Made by a program: the position numbers and the translations under genes. Below the pieces are notes generated by a model, which saw only the letters and a list, made by a program, of their open reading frames with translations, ran no database searches and had not been told where the DNA came from. A DNA stretch of 64,000 nt from Octopus sinensis (taxonomy: Eukaryota), in contig NC_043000.1 in the NCBI RefSeq assembly GCF_006345805.1, positions 123,814,001 to 123,878,000 on the forward strand, given 5' to 3'. Positions 1-14,289 of the stretch are shown piece after piece (positions within the stretch are counted from its first letter, which is position 1; every line of letters begins with the position of its first letter).

Positions 1-571
1 TTCACAATTCACACACCACTATCTTAAAGAAAAAAAGAAGGACATGATGGATAATATTGTGAATCTTTGGTCATTGGTTGGTTCAGTCAGAGCTGATCTG
101 AGTTCAAAAACAACAATTACAACAATTCCAGTTGCACAACCATGGGAAACAACCAAACCAAGAAAGTTACTTGAAAATGGCAACCAGAACTCCCTTAAAC
201 CACACCCTATTCTCTTAAGAAAAAAAATTAGAAAAAGAACAGAAAGATACTTTTAATGGAAAGTTCATGGCTTAAGCATCTTTGAGTGTAGGTCAGTCTG
301 ATCTCAGCTTACCTAGAAGATAAACAATACTAGATATAGGGCTAGAAATAGCAGCAAAATTGAAATCACACCCTATCATCTTGAAAAAATAAAGGATATG
401 TTGGATAATGTGGTCTAAGATTTACATAGATTTACAAAAAGACAGAATGGCCATGATCTGATTGACCAGAGCTGACCCAGAGCAAAACATCCACAACAAC
501 AACATCAAGATAATCTACAGCTGTTGTCTGCTAATTAATAAATTAATGTGAGAAGAGAAAGTGATACAAAC

Positions 572-715
572 ATATGCTATGGGTTGGTTCCTCTTTCTTC
601 ATTGGACATTCCTCTTCATCACTGCCATCTGCGCAATCTTGGTACTTGTCACAGTGCCATAATGCTGGAATACACACATTGGTGTTGCACCGAAACGAGT
701 CATCTGCACAGTTCA
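572..715 (-). CDS. LDLa-repeat exon 4 of a multi-exon LDLa-domain protein; 3' boundary uncertain
   Basis: Acceptor ttgcag| at 716-717, phase 1. Translates (V)[47 protein letters not shown], with six Cys and DGSDE. Either a weak gtttgt donor at 571 or read-through to TAA at 545-543. Confidence 0.85.
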
Positions 716-1612
716 CTGCAATGCATAATCATAATATTGTTGATGGTATTTTAGTAATTAATTATTTACCAGGCAGAAGTTACTATTTGCAGCATCTCAA
801 ATCCCTGAATTCATTATACATGACCAACAAAAGAAATAACAAGTATTTTATAATTGTATTTAACATTTATCTTCATTTCTGTTTTACATAAGTTTTTTAC
901 TATTTACAACACAGGAATTCTTTTTTACATATTTATACACACACACACACACACGTGTGTGTATGTGTGTGTGTGTGTGTGTGTGTGTCTTCTTGCCTTA
1001 GTGTCATGTGATTGCTACAAACGAATGTCATTCATTTACAATATTCTGCAAAAGTCATGTCTGGCCATAAGGAAATATTAAATTGCATGGAAACAGGTGA
1101 GGGTTGGGGACAGGAAGGGCATCTGGCTATAAAAACTGCAGATGTTCAGGCTGGAAACCAGATGCATTAATTCACCAGTTTGGGAAGACTTCGAAAAGTG
1201 ATGGCAGAGGTCAACTTTGCTTTTTGTTTTCCTGACAACAATAAAACAAGTACCACGCAAGTACTGGTGTCAATACCATTGACTGTTCCCTCCCAACAAA
1301 ATTATTTCTGGCTTTTAGTCAATATAAGAAACTATGGTTAATTATATACCAATATAATTAGCAGTGTATCTCCATCTATCTCTCTGTTTGTCCATCCACT
1401 TGTACTGCAAATCAGCTGATATGGCACTTTCACTCTGTTTGAATTTCATACAAATACTGATAAGTTGTTTAATTAGCAGAGCTATAATGCTTTAGCAAAA
1501 CCTATATTTTATGAAAACACTAACGGGTTATTTAGTTAACTAAATACTGAAGCCAAAATGTATGTACATTTAGCTGTCTGTTTATAAATTATAAACTATA
1601 TATATCATCATC

Positions 1613-2012
1613 ATCATCATCATTTAACATCCATTGGATGGTTTGATCAGGGCTGGCAAGCTGGAATGCTGCACCAGACTGCAGTCTGATTTCACATGGT
1701 TTCTACAGTTGGATGCCCTTCCTAATGCCAACCACTCCGAAAGTGTAATGGGTGCTTTTATGTGCCACTGGCACAGGTGCCATTTACATGACACCAGTAT
1801 CTGCCACGACTGCAATTTTACTTGCATGACATAATACCAAAGGTCTCGGCCACTAGTCATTGCCTCTGTGAGGCCCAAAGTTTGAAGATCATGATTCAGC
1901 ACCTCGTCCCATGTCTTCCCAGGTCTACTTCCACAGTTAGAGATTCGCACTTCTTTACACAACTGTCCTCGTCCAAACACATCACATGACCATGCCAGCG
2001 CAGTTGTCTCTC
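1613..2012 (-). mobile_element. Short 5'-truncated RTE copy (ORF end, UTR and (GAT)n tail)
   Basis: RPGKTWDEVLNHDLQTLGLTEAMT matches the end of the 36550 element. Similar copies at 6890-7235(-), 8533-8960(-), 35463-36000(-) and 40188-40470(-). Confidence 0.8.
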
Positions 2013-2974
2013 TTGCACACCACAATTGATGCCACTTATGCCTAACTTTTCTTTCAAGATGCTTACACTATGTCAAACATGCACACTGACATTGCATATC
2101 CGGCAAAGCATACTGGCTTCATTTCTTTCAAACCTATGCATGTCCTCATCAGTCATGGCCCATGTTTCACTTTCATGTACCATAGCTGTTCACCCACAGG
2201 CATCATACAATCTGCCTTTCAATCTGAGGGAGAGGCCCTATGTGTGTGTGGGGGAGGGTGCATCGTTGCTCTTAAGTAAAGGTGTCATATGTCCAAAACA
2301 TTGCCTTTTCAGAAAACAGAAAAATAGCTTCACCATTCCACAGCAAAACTGCCCAAGGCTATAGTAGAAGACACTTGCCCAAGGTGCCATGCAGTGGGAC
2401 TGAACCTGGAACCATGTGGTTGGAAAGCAAGCTACTAACCACACAGTCACTCTTGCGCCTATATACATATATATATAAGTCAGTAAATTATTTTTTTGAA
2501 AAAAAACATTGTAAATTTCTTTTTTCCCCTTCCTCAATCTTAAAAAAAAATTTTCCCTTCCAAATCTTGAAAATTTGCCTTGCAATGAAAGCCAGTTTGA
2601 TTTCTTTTTTTTTATATTTCATACATCCATTTTTATTAAAATTTACTTTCAATTTAGCATTCTGCCTTATTATTTTTTCATCGCCTATATATATATATAT
2701 ATATATATCATTGTACATATATTTTATTACTTAAGTGATAGAGAGGAATGTGTATCTTCAATGAATCCCTTGAATCTCTTCTAATAAAGTTTACCACAAG
2801 TCATTAACTGTAAAACTGAATATTGATCATCTGTGGGTTTTCTACAGGTACACAGTAGTTTTACTGCTAAGGAGGAAAGTCATGACTGGTTGAGTTCATA
2901 ACGAGCAGTTTATAAAGGACTATATATAGCAGAGGAAGAAACACAGAAAGAAAACAATTAGGATTACTTCCTAC

Positions 2975-3112
2975 CTGGTTCTCCATCATCGTGGTTGCTT
3001 ACACAATCTTTTTCATCACTTCCATCATCACAGTCTGTATAATGGTCACAGTGCCAGCCATGAGGAATACATACACCATTATTACATTGAAACTGTGGAC
3101 CATAGCAGTATT
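2975..3112 (-). CDS. LDLa-repeat exon 3
   Basis: cttgtag| acceptor and |gtagga donor, 138 nt, phase 1-1. Translates (E)[45 protein letters not shown]. Confidence 0.92.
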
Positions 3113-3218
3113 CTACAAGTATAACAATCAAAATATATCATTTTGTAATTAGCTTTCATCATTTTATGGAGATTTACTTGCATAACAAGTGATCTGATCT
3201 GAGATGGTGTGCTGGAAC

Positions 3219-3481
3219 GAAAACAATTGCAGCGGGGAAGGTGTTTATAAGCCATTTAAGAAACACACAAAAACCGTTAGATTCACTTCAACATTTAAAT
3301 TTAATTTGTCAAAATATTTTCATCGCTTTGATGCAGCACAGAATTTTGTCAGTGAACAGGTTGCTGTCTCAAACTGACGAAAATATTTTGACAAATTAAA
3401 TTTAAATGTTGAAGTGATTCTAACGGTTTTTGTGTGTTTCTTAAACGGCTTATAAATACCTTCCATGTTGCAATTGTTTTC
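3219..3481. repeat. Fold-back element, ~105-bp arms
   Basis: aaacaattgc..aagaaacacacaaaaaccgttag..gtcaaaatattt and its reverse complement, with a ~55-bp loop. Confidence 0.85.
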
Positions 3482-3904
3482 ATCATTTTGTATTTTTAAA
3501 ATGTTTTTAAAAATCCTAAATATAAAGGTGGTGCTCCAGCATGACCATAGTCAATTAACTGAAACAAGTACAAGAATATTTGAATTTTAAAATAACACCC
3601 TCTCATTAATAAAATATCAACAAATATCCTCGTCCTCTTCATCTTCATCACCATTGTTTTAGCATCCACTGTTCCAGGCTTCCATTGGTTGGATGGAATT
3701 TATTAAGGCACGTTTTTGTTGGCTTGATGCTCTTCCTGTCACCAACCTTCACCTGTTTCTAAACAAGGTAATATTTCCCCATGGCAAGACATGTCTTCAC
3801 ACAACATTGGAAAGGAAAGATATTATTTTCACGCTGAAGATACTCATTTACAACTATCACATGATGTGAAAGCAAGGAGACAACAGCAAATGCACACACA
3901 CACA

Positions 3905-3938
<34 letters not shown>

Positions 3939-4187
3939 CATACATACATACATACATACATACATACATGTGTGTGTATGTGTGTATACATATCACAAGC
4001 TTCCATGCTGTTCCCCAACTTCCAGATCCACTCAGAAGGCTTTGGTTGGTCCTGGGGCTATATTAGTAGACACTTGCCCAAGGTACCAAACAGTGGGACT
4101 GAACACAGAAACACATGTTTAGGAAGAATACTTCTTACCACACAGCCATTCCTACACCTAAATATATATATTTATACATCTACTCTA

Positions 4188-5152
4188 CACCCAGAACCAT
4201 GCTAAAGCTTAGGAGGGAAATTTAGGATTTCTCGGTTTTCTGTGAATCAATTTTCCCAGCTGGTTTGCACACTATGGCAACACAATTGCATCCTTGGGAC
4301 TATGGCTTCTATGTGAGAACCCCTGAAACTGCCTCCTCACAGGAGTTTGAGGCTTCAATGAGCCCAAAAGTACATGGCATTAGACATGAGTTGTGTTCTG
4401 TTCACTGACAAAACCAGGATGAACCTTGATGAAGCTGGTGGTTGGGCAAATTGTTGGTTCTATTTTGGAGATGAGCATCACCAACATCTACGACATCAAC
4501 AATAGGGTGGCGGAGTCATGTTGTGGGCGATCACTGGAGACAAACTTGTTGGCCCAGTCAGGGGGCCTGAAGAGGTAAAAGTGACTGCAGCCACCTACTG
4601 CAATCTCCTGAATGAGGTCTTGGATCCCTGGCTAGATGACATACTGCAGTCACTTCTAAGGAATCTCATATTCATGCATGACAACGCTCCCCCACCCCCA
4701 CCCACTCTGCTAAGACCACCCAAACAGTCCTAGGGTCTTACGGCATACAAGGTGAAAGGTTGATGGTGTAGCCATCTCTGAATCTCAACCCTATCGAAAA
4801 TCTTCAGTCCATCATTAAACAAGATGTTTATGCTGATGGATGCCAATTTCCATCAAAAGGTGTCTTATAGGTGACCATCAAAGCTGCAGCAGAGGCAGTC
4901 CAACCTGCTACTATTAAGAAATTGACAGATTCCATGACTAAAAGGGTTTTTGAAGTTATCCATCAATATGGCGCTCATGTTGCTAAATAATTCATTATGT
5001 CAATTAATGTTATAATATTATTATGGTTTTCTGTTATGGTTATTATGGTTTTCTATGTGCTAACCAGCTGGTAAAAATTTTATCAATATCGATTCACAGA
5101 AAACCAAGAAATTCTAAATTTCACTCCTAAGCTTTTAACATGGTTCTGGGTG
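4188..5152 (+). mobile_element. Internally deleted Tc1-family DNA transposon
   Basis: About 60-bp TIRs (cacccagaaccatgctaaagcttaggag.. / ..ctcctaagcttttaacatggttctgggtg) and TA TSD at 4186-87 and 5153-54. Transposase remnants VLFTDKTRMNLDEAGGW, IFMHDNAP, NLNPIENL. Confidence 0.9.
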
Positions 5153-5219
5153 TATACACATATTCTAAATACATCCATTATACACTTCTATTCTTTACTT
5201 ACACTTAAACTTCCACTCC

Positions 5220-5259
<40 letters not shown>

Positions 5260-5273
5260 CTGTGTCTGTGTGT

Positions 5274-5572
5274 GGAGGCACAATGACCCAGTGGTTAGGG
5301 CAACGGACTCATGGTTGTAGGGTCGCGGTTTCGATTCCCAGACCAGGCGTTGTGAGTGTTTATTGAGCGAAAACACCTAAAGCACTACGAGGCTCCGGCA
5401 GGGGGTGGTGGCAATCCCTACTATACTCTTTCGCCACAACTTTCTCTCACTCTTTCTTCTGTTGGCCTGCTCACTTAGCCAGCGGGGTGGCTTCATTTGA
5501 AGGCTAAAACAATGCGAAGCGCATTGTGACCAGTGATGTATATCAACATCTGATAGCCTGGTCGGTGATGGT
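5274..5572 (+). mobile_element. SINE family C (tRNA-like head)
   Basis: A box tgacccagtgg and B box gtttcgattcc. Related copies at 17005-17310(-), 21318-21640(+) and ~32490-32880(+). Confidence 0.75.
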
Positions 5573-6276
5573 GATATATATATATATATATATATATCCA
5601 CTATATTCTTCACACCTCTACTATTATACTTCCACTCTACTCATCTATAAACCTCCACTTCAAACTCCCACTATACACTTCTACACCTCCTCTATACACC
5701 TATACAGCATGGTGACCACACATCCCTCTGTACCTATACTACATACCTCCACTATATACTAATACTATATGTCAATACTACAGACCTATCACATGTGTCA
5801 ACACTGTACACGACCCATTGTTGAAGTCCCTATCTTGGAACTCAGGCTTCTAGAAATAGCAGCCACATTTTCCTCTGATTACATCCTGCCATCTTGCATA
5901 AAGGAGACAAGTTAACTAATCCCTGACACATATTGTCAAAAAAAAAAAGATGGCAGAACGATCATGGCTGTATCACTTTTCCTAATATTCTTCAACTGTA
6001 GGCTCAGCAATTCAGAGCTGGCCTGCTTTACATTTTCATTATATGCATTCTCTAATTACAATATTTGCCAAACACACACATACATACACACATACACACA
6101 CTCTGACCCCATATCTGGGACAGTGTTGCTGCTATACAACAAGCAAACAATTCTGATCACATAATTGAGACAATACAATTACAGTAAAAATACAATTATA
6201 CTGATGACATAATTAGGACAGTAGAGTGGCTAGATACACAAACACTCTGATCACATATCTGAAATAATACCGCTGC

Positions 6277-6322
<46 letters not shown>

Positions 6323-7468
6323 CACACACACACATATGCACACATGCACACATGCACACTCTTACACATACTTAAACACACACATGCACACATACAAATC
6401 CCATATCTGAGGCTGTGTTACTGCTGCACACATATATTATGGAATGTATCCAGAAAAAGTCCAACTAACAGAAATGAAAAGATTCCCTCAATAAGCTGCT
6501 ATAACCAGTTGCATATGAATACACTGTTTCTCATCTTTTCTGTTCTACTAATACAATAATGGTCCAGTTCACTCACAGCCACACATTTCACCCAACTCTC
6601 TTCCTAACATTTCTCATGCCTGACTCTGAGTTCTTCCAAATCTTTTTGCTCTGAGTTCAAATCCTGCTGAGGTCAACTTTGCCTTTCATCCTTATGGGGT
6701 TGATGTAAAAAGTACCAATACAGTCTGGTGGATTAGCATAACTGTAAGAATATCAGACCAGATGCCGGTATTAGTTCTAGCTCATTAAATTCTGAGTTCA
6801 AATCTCATTATTTGAAGTTGCAGACTTAATCCATCATCATCATCATCATCATCATCGTCGTCGTCATCATCAGCATCATCATCATCATCATCGTTGTCGT
6901 CGTCATCATCATCATCATCATCATCATTTAATGTCCATTGTCCATGCTGGGATGGATTGGACGACTTGACTGTGCTGGTATGCTGGAAGGCTGTGCCAGG
7001 CTCCAGTCTGATTTGGCACGGTTTCTATGGCTGGATGCCCTTCCTAACGCCAACCACTCTGAGAGTGTAATGGGTGCTTCTACGTGTCACTGGCACAGGT
7101 ACCGTTTGCATGACACTAGTATCTGCCATGACTGCGATTTTGCTTGGCTTGATGGGTCTTCTTCTCAAGCATGACATAATGCCAAAGGTCTTGGTCATTG
7201 CCTCTGTAAGGCCCAACTTTAAAAGCACTGCTCAGCATCTTGGATGTCTTTAGCAGATTCCATTCCCTTGCAAGCATTCAAGCAAGGTCTCTAGTTTTAG
7301 GTTACCTTTTCTCTTCCCTACCAGTCTTGGAGACCCAGTAAAACACCATGAAGACTGCTCTTCTCACTTGCTTAAAAAATTTTAAAATTCAGCATATTAA
7401 ACACTTGGCTTAATCATTTCTCACCATAACCACTATCCTTTGAAATGCTCTATCTTCTAGTTTTGTGT

Positions 7469-7532
<64 letters not shown>

Positions 7533-10500
7533 AATGTGAATTTTGCTGCCAATTCAATAAAAATTCACCTTGTCACAAGTAAATTTACAAATGGCATAAA
7601 AATTTCACAGAAAAAAGTTGCATTTGTAAAAGAAAAATCATCAGTGCTCATGATGCTCATGTTGAGTGCATACAACCTTAAAATAAACTTTAAACCTTAC
7701 CCTATCAAGAAATATGTAGAATGTGTTTGTGTCTTTTACCTTTTGTTTTAAAAATAAATTTAAAATCTACTCTTTCTTTTTGAATAACCCTGTAATTGTT
7801 ATAATATCTTGTTGTTGAGATAGGTTCTCTTTCTTTCCTGATGAGAAGATTGCATTTTACAGAGTTTATTCCTTTGGAATAAAACCAATGATGTCTTCGA
7901 AACATATGTTGAAAGTAAAAGAATTTTAATAACATCTTCATTTATTTACTTATACTACGCAAATTACTGCATATTAACCTGGAGTTTCTACTTTTGAATA
8001 GGTCGCTTCATCCATGTTACTTGCATGAATTTTGCTACCCTTGTAACTGTTTATTGAATTTTCCATGTTAACAGTAAACAAAGGATAATTCATTCATCCA
8101 TTTAAATATATATATATATCAATTTAAACACCAACTACATTAGATCTTCTGTCCTTCTTTAGACTAAATAAAGTAAACTAAAGAGGTCAAATCACCCTCA
8201 TATCAAACCCGACAGCATTCAAAAATATATAGCATACATCAAATAATGTAATCCTTGAAACATTATTTTTGAAAACGTAGATGGAGTGGTCATGGCTGGT
8301 AAGCATTTTATCATAAGTTGTTCAATCAATGCTATTGTGGGGTTAAACAACCACAGCAAATTTCTTCCCAAGTGAATATCAGCTTCAGGTCAACCACCTT
8401 TAGCTGTGTGTCAGTCTCTTGTATATAGTTTTAAATCATTGATATTAGAGGAGATTGACAGGAATTAACAAAGACAGGATGAGAAGTGTGAGAACAGAAA
8501 TGAAAGGATGTCGGCTAAGTTATTCTAATTCATCATCATCATCATCATCATCATTTAGTGTCCGTTTTCCATGCTTGCATGGATTGGATGGTTTCACAGG
8601 AGCTAACCAGTTGAAGGGCTGTTCAGGTTCCATGTCTGTTCTAGCATGGTTTCTCTGGCTGGATGCCCTTCCTAATGCCAACCCCTTTACAGAGTGTACT
8701 GTGCACTTCTACACAGCACCAGTATGGGTGCCTTTTACATAGCACCAGCACTTATGAACCCACAAGATTAGGGATGGTCAGTTGGGGAGGATTGCAGAGG
8801 ATGAGCCTGTATGCATTGGCAACCACATTTTTACTTAACCTGGTGTGTCATTTCAAGTACAACAAACTGCCAGCAGTTTTGGTCCCCTGTCACCCCCTCT
8901 TTGAGTCCCAATGTCTGTAGATCCTTTCTCACCATTTCATTCAATACATGTCCTTTTAGACTGCAATGCGTGATTTGAAAGAAATTTGTCTGCTGTTTGT
9001 AGCAGATCAAGCAGAGGCTCTTTAACAGATTGTACACATTGTTCATAGGTAGTTGTTGCAACACACACGCACAACATAAACTTCTGTAGCTGTAATTCAA
9101 TTTCTATGTTTTTCACCAGTGTTAAGAAGTGTTTGTGTGTTTTCACAGCAAATTTATAAGAAAAATATTGAGACAAGAAGTGTTGTCACTGCTGTACATA
9201 ATTCAGGATTGACTAATTACCAGTAGTCAGTCATTTGAACTTCAAAAGGTCTTAACAACATATTCTATAGATGTTAAGTGCCAGCTGAATATCTTAGCAA
9301 ACTTGTTTACAATATTGGAGGAATTTGGTTCTAGCAATGTTGCTATTCTTCTCTTGGTGAAGTGGATAGGTAGTATAATAAGAATCACAGACTGATAGAT
9401 ATTGTAATCAATGTAGGTAAAGTCATTAACATAATTATTTAAACTTGTGTTAGTAATAATTATTATGATGGCACATGTGTTCCCTGCAAATGTAATGCCA
9501 TTAGGATTTAAAGAATTAGTAAAATGACCCCATGCCAGTACAGAAAATGGACATTAAAAAGGTGGTGGTGGTGGTGGTGGTGGTGGTGGTTTTGGTTGTG
9601 GTGGTGGTGATGGTGGTGGTGCTGGTGGTGGTGGTGGTGGTGGTGCTGGTGCTGGTGGTGCTGGTGCTGCTGGTGGTGCTGGTGCTGCTGGTGCTGCTGC
9701 TGCTGATGGTGGTGGTGGTGGTGGTGGTGGTGGTGTGGTGGTGGTGGTGGTGGTGGTGGCGGTGGTGGTTTTAGCGGCGGCGGCGGTGGTGGTGATGATG
9801 ATGATGATGATGACCATTTCCATGATGTCCTTGTGTAGACGACAATGATGTCTTTAGCATATGATTGAATCTTAACTAGCTTATGAAAAACAACAAAGTT
9901 AGCTTTCTGAATTACCAGAGTGAATATATACTGGTTGTGCACAGGTTTACAATCATAGCCAAAGAAACAAAGGTAAAACTATCTTAAGGAGTTCTGAAAC
10001 CATCTACAACACAAACCTCAAAAGGGCAGCCAACCAAACAACTGGTCACCAAATATTAAAGGAAATAGTAAAAAAAAAAAAGGCAAAGTTACCTTTTTGA
10101 GCCATACTGACTCATAAAGACCAGTTTCCTGGTTTCATGGCATATAAATTACCCACATGGATGGGATGCCAGTCCTTCACAGGTTTACTCCTTTTTACCT
10201 GCTGAGTGGACTGGAGCAATGTGAAATGAAGTGTTTTGCTCAAAAGCACAATGTGTTGCCCAGTCCAGGAATCGTGGCACCTTGGGCAAGTGTCTTCTAC
10301 TATAGCCTCGGGCCAACCAAAGCCTTGTGAGTGGATTTGGTAGACAGAAACTAAAAGAAGCCCATCGTATATATGTATATATATGTATGTATATGTTTAT
10401 GTGTCTGTGTTTGTTCACCCCTCCCAACGTCGCTTGACAACAGATGCTGGTGTGTTTACGTTCCTGTAACTTAGCAGTTTGGCAAAAGAGACCGATAGAA

Positions 10501-10611
10501 TAAGTACTAGGCTTCCAAAGAATAAGTCCTGGGGTCCATTTGCTCGACTAAAGGTGGTGCTCCAGCATGGCCACAGTCAAATGACTGAAACAAGTAAAAG
10601 AGTAAAAAGAG

Positions 10612-10645
<34 letters not shown>

Positions 10646-11486
10646 ACACACACACACACACACGACTTACTACCCAGCGTTGCCAGGTAAAGTTTTCGCG
10701 GAATTGTTTGCCATTTTGTAGAATGGCAATTCACAGTACTGACAGATGTATATATATTTAACCTAACTTTTGGACTTATTTAATTGGAACTATCCAAACA
10801 ATAGTAATCAATTTACACAAGTAGAAGCTTTTTTTTTTAACAATTTTTATCCTGGAAATCACCTGTTACTTTTGTTTTAAAGTGAAAGAGAAGAGAAAGA
10901 GAAAAATGTATGAATATTTATATGAAATGGACGTATATGAGAGAGAGAGAGAGAGAGAAAGTTAACATGTGTATTCTCACATACATGAGAATACACATGT
11001 TCACTTCCTCACACTCGCTCCCTCTCTCGCACACACATACACACGTACATAAAAAAGATGTACGGATATGTATTGATGTATGTACGTATACATGACAACA
11101 CATCACTTTACTCACTCTCTCTCTTTTTCTCTCTCTCTTCCTCTCTCTCTCTCTCTCTTTCACACACATACATCTTTCACCTTCTCCTCTCTTTCACTTT
11201 AAAATAAAAGTAAATAAATAAAAATATTTTGCAGAGATTAATGAACTCCAGAGGAAGAAATCACATTCAGTCAAGAATATTTCTAAATGATTAAAATATT
11301 GTGTACATCAAAAGTTGACATTTTTTTTTCTTAGAGAGCATGAAGACTATATGTGTGTATATGTCACAGATAGCGGATGTGTGTTTGTGTTGATTGACTG
11401 CCATGACATTCATTATATGTGTGTGTATTCTGTATGTGTGTTGACGTCATGGAAGCTATGTGTTTTTCCATCAAGAAATAACAAAA

Positions 11487-11762
11487 ATTGTACATTATTT
11501 ACATTATTTACAATTGACGGATATTTGTCATCATCTTATTTCTTGTTAACACAACATTTCAGCTGATATACCCTCCAGCCTTCATTAGGCGTCTTGGGGA
11601 AATTTCGAACCTGAGTTCTCATTCCTAAGGTACTTTTCGGTGTAATTTCCCCAAAACAACTGAAGAAGGCTAGAGGGCATATCAGCTGAAATGTTGTGTT
11701 AACAAGAAATAAGATGAGGACAAATATCTGCCAATTGAAAATAATGCAAATAATGTACATAA
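11487..11762. repeat. Fold-back of two inverted copies of the hammerhead-like tail
   Basis: Arms ~11487-11612 and ~11643-11762 are reverse complements (cagctgatataccctccagccttc / gaaggctagagggcatatcagctg). Confidence 0.85.
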
Positions 11763-13385
11763 TTCCTCATCTCTTAAATATAGAACAACAAAAATTGTGT
11801 TTAATCATTTAAATAGAGGCCCAAATGTCACATAAGTTTGTACTGCATTGCCGAAGATAAGTATGAAAATAAATATGTAAAAAAAAATTAAGATATTTCA
11901 GTTACACACAAACATACCTAAAGTTTTAGTATTATCAAGATAAATACACGACAGGCTTCTTTCAGTTTCCGTCTACCAAATCCACTCATAAGACTTTAGT
12001 TGGCCTGAGGCTATAGTAGAAGACATTTTCTCAAGGTGCCATGCAGTGGGACTGAACCAGGAACCATGTGGTTAGTAAGCAAGCTACTTACCACACAGCC
12101 ACTCCTTAACAAAGAACTATAACCTAAGAACTGGAGGTTCCTGAGGATTGAACAGTTACAAAACACTGATCATTAGGAAACTTGATACATTTAGAGAATG
12201 TATTAAGTGTGAAGCATTGTCACGCTAATGCCATCTTGAAAGAAACCCAGTAAACAGGTGAGAGGGCCAGCCACTGGATACGGCTGAAAAGGGACAATGG
12301 AACTTGGCTAGAAAAGTAATGAACAGGTGTGAAATAGGCGTCAGATTTGCATGGGTCCACAATTCAAATGATGCTGACAACCCCAAGATGATGGACATAA
12401 ATAAGATCAAACACTGTCAGTTGATCGGGTAGGCAGGGACTTAGATCAGTGATGGGGCAGTGGTATGCTGTAAAGCCACCAAGAAGAAGGCCCTAAAATG
12501 ATATACATCCTCTCCTGATGATCCCTGAAATCTACTGACATCCAGTATAAGGAGCTTTTGATTGGCTGCACTTACAACAGAAAGTTGTTTACAAGGCTCA
12601 CAGATTTAATATACAATAGATTAGTAGCATTTCTGCTAGACTTAATTTTAGATATAACACAGAATAAATTACTAAGAGAAATTACTCTGAGAGAAGGCAT
12701 CCACATGGAAAACAAGAGCAAGTTAACATAATTAAGACAGTGAGCAATGGGAAGCTAATTAGAAATAATTATGTTGTGAGAAAAAGACAATATTAATGAA
12801 TGACTAACATTGTTTTAATTGTTCTAGCAAGTACAGGAGACTTTGTGTACTAGATAAGCAGGAGTTGTTGTCGTTTAGTTCAAGTCAGTCATGGGGATGT
12901 AGACCTATGATTAAAGGCACTCCAGCCTGATCATTCCATCATTTTTCAGAAACAGTCTACCTAGGATTATACTATTCTATGTACCTTTAAAAAATGTAGT
13001 GCATGATATGAGGAAGAGTTCAATGAAGTGACTATATAGTTGCTTTCCTAGAGTGGTTGACAGCATAGATAACCACAAAATGAAGAACAGGGATTGCTCA
13101 TTTTACTTGTTGAAAGCAGAAAATAAATTCTGCAACTAAAATCAAGTAGACTACTTACTTAATTAGATAGGATAATTATATATTCAACTAGGTTTCAAAC
13201 TAAAACTGACACTTTCCAATTTGTTATTTTTACTATCTGACCCATGCTATCCTGGAACACGGATGTTAAATGATAATAATGATGTCAACAAAAGTTTCTC
13301 TCTGTATGCAAGAAGTATATTGTCTGACATCTGCTTATGATTCACGATTATATATTTATGCATGTATACAGGATGATGATATACT

Positions 13386-13781
13386 TTTTTACTCTTTTAC
13401 TTGTTTCAGTCATTTGACTGTGGGCATGCTGGAGCACCACCTTTCGTCAAGCAAATCGACCACATGACTTATTCTTTGTAAGCCTAGTACTTATTGTATC
13501 GGTCTCTTTTGCCAAACCGCTAAGTTACGGGGACATAAACACACCACCATCGGTTGTCAAGCGATGTTGGTGGGGACAAACACAGATACACAAACACATA
13601 CACACACATATATATATACGACGGGCTTCTTTCAGTTTCCGTCTACCAAATACACTCACAAGGCTTTAGTCGGCCTAAGGCTGTAGTAGAAGACACTTGC
13701 CCAAGGTACCACGCAGTGGGACTGAACCCGGAACCATGTGGTTCGTAAGCAAGCTACTTACCACACAGCCACTCCTATGCC
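13386..13781 (-). mobile_element. SINE family A, full-length
   Basis: Reverse complement of 63346-63814. Confidence 0.85.
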
Positions 13782-14199
13782 TATATATGTATATACATGT
13801 AACAGCAAATATGAATGAGTAAGGAATGCAATCAGTCTATAATAGTCAAGAGAAAATAGCTAAGCATAGTCTATTAGTTTCAATTTACACGAAAGAGTGA
13901 ACATGAGAGAATTAACTGGAAGATTAAAAATCATTGTACCTGAAAGACTGCTATGGATATGTATTATGGATAATGTATTTCAGCTAAATGCATGATATAG
14001 GGTAACTGTGATAGAAGCATTCCAAAGGAAACCTGAAAAGTGGTAATCCTAGATCTGAGAATGATCCTCAGGAACTTGCAATTTTCTCTTATGTTATAGT
14101 TCTTTGCTAAACATCTCTCTCTCTCACTACACACACACATACACATATATATATATATATAGATATATACACACATGTAAGTATATATATATATATATG

Positions 14200-14289
<90 letters not shown>

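Noticed and set aside
5274-5350. tRNA genes at A/B-box sequences (also at 29660, 21318, 57674 and 63346)
   Set aside because: No closed acceptor stem, and each continues into a repeat body, so these are SINE heads.
8937-9176. 79-aa minus-strand ORF with protein-like composition
   Set aside because: No splice signals or recognisable domain, and it abuts an RTE remnant.
9508-9942. Poly-Pro/His/Gln ORFs on both strands
   Set aside because: A (GGT/GCT/GAT)n microsatellite at a repeat tail. Open in several frames, with no splice or domain support.
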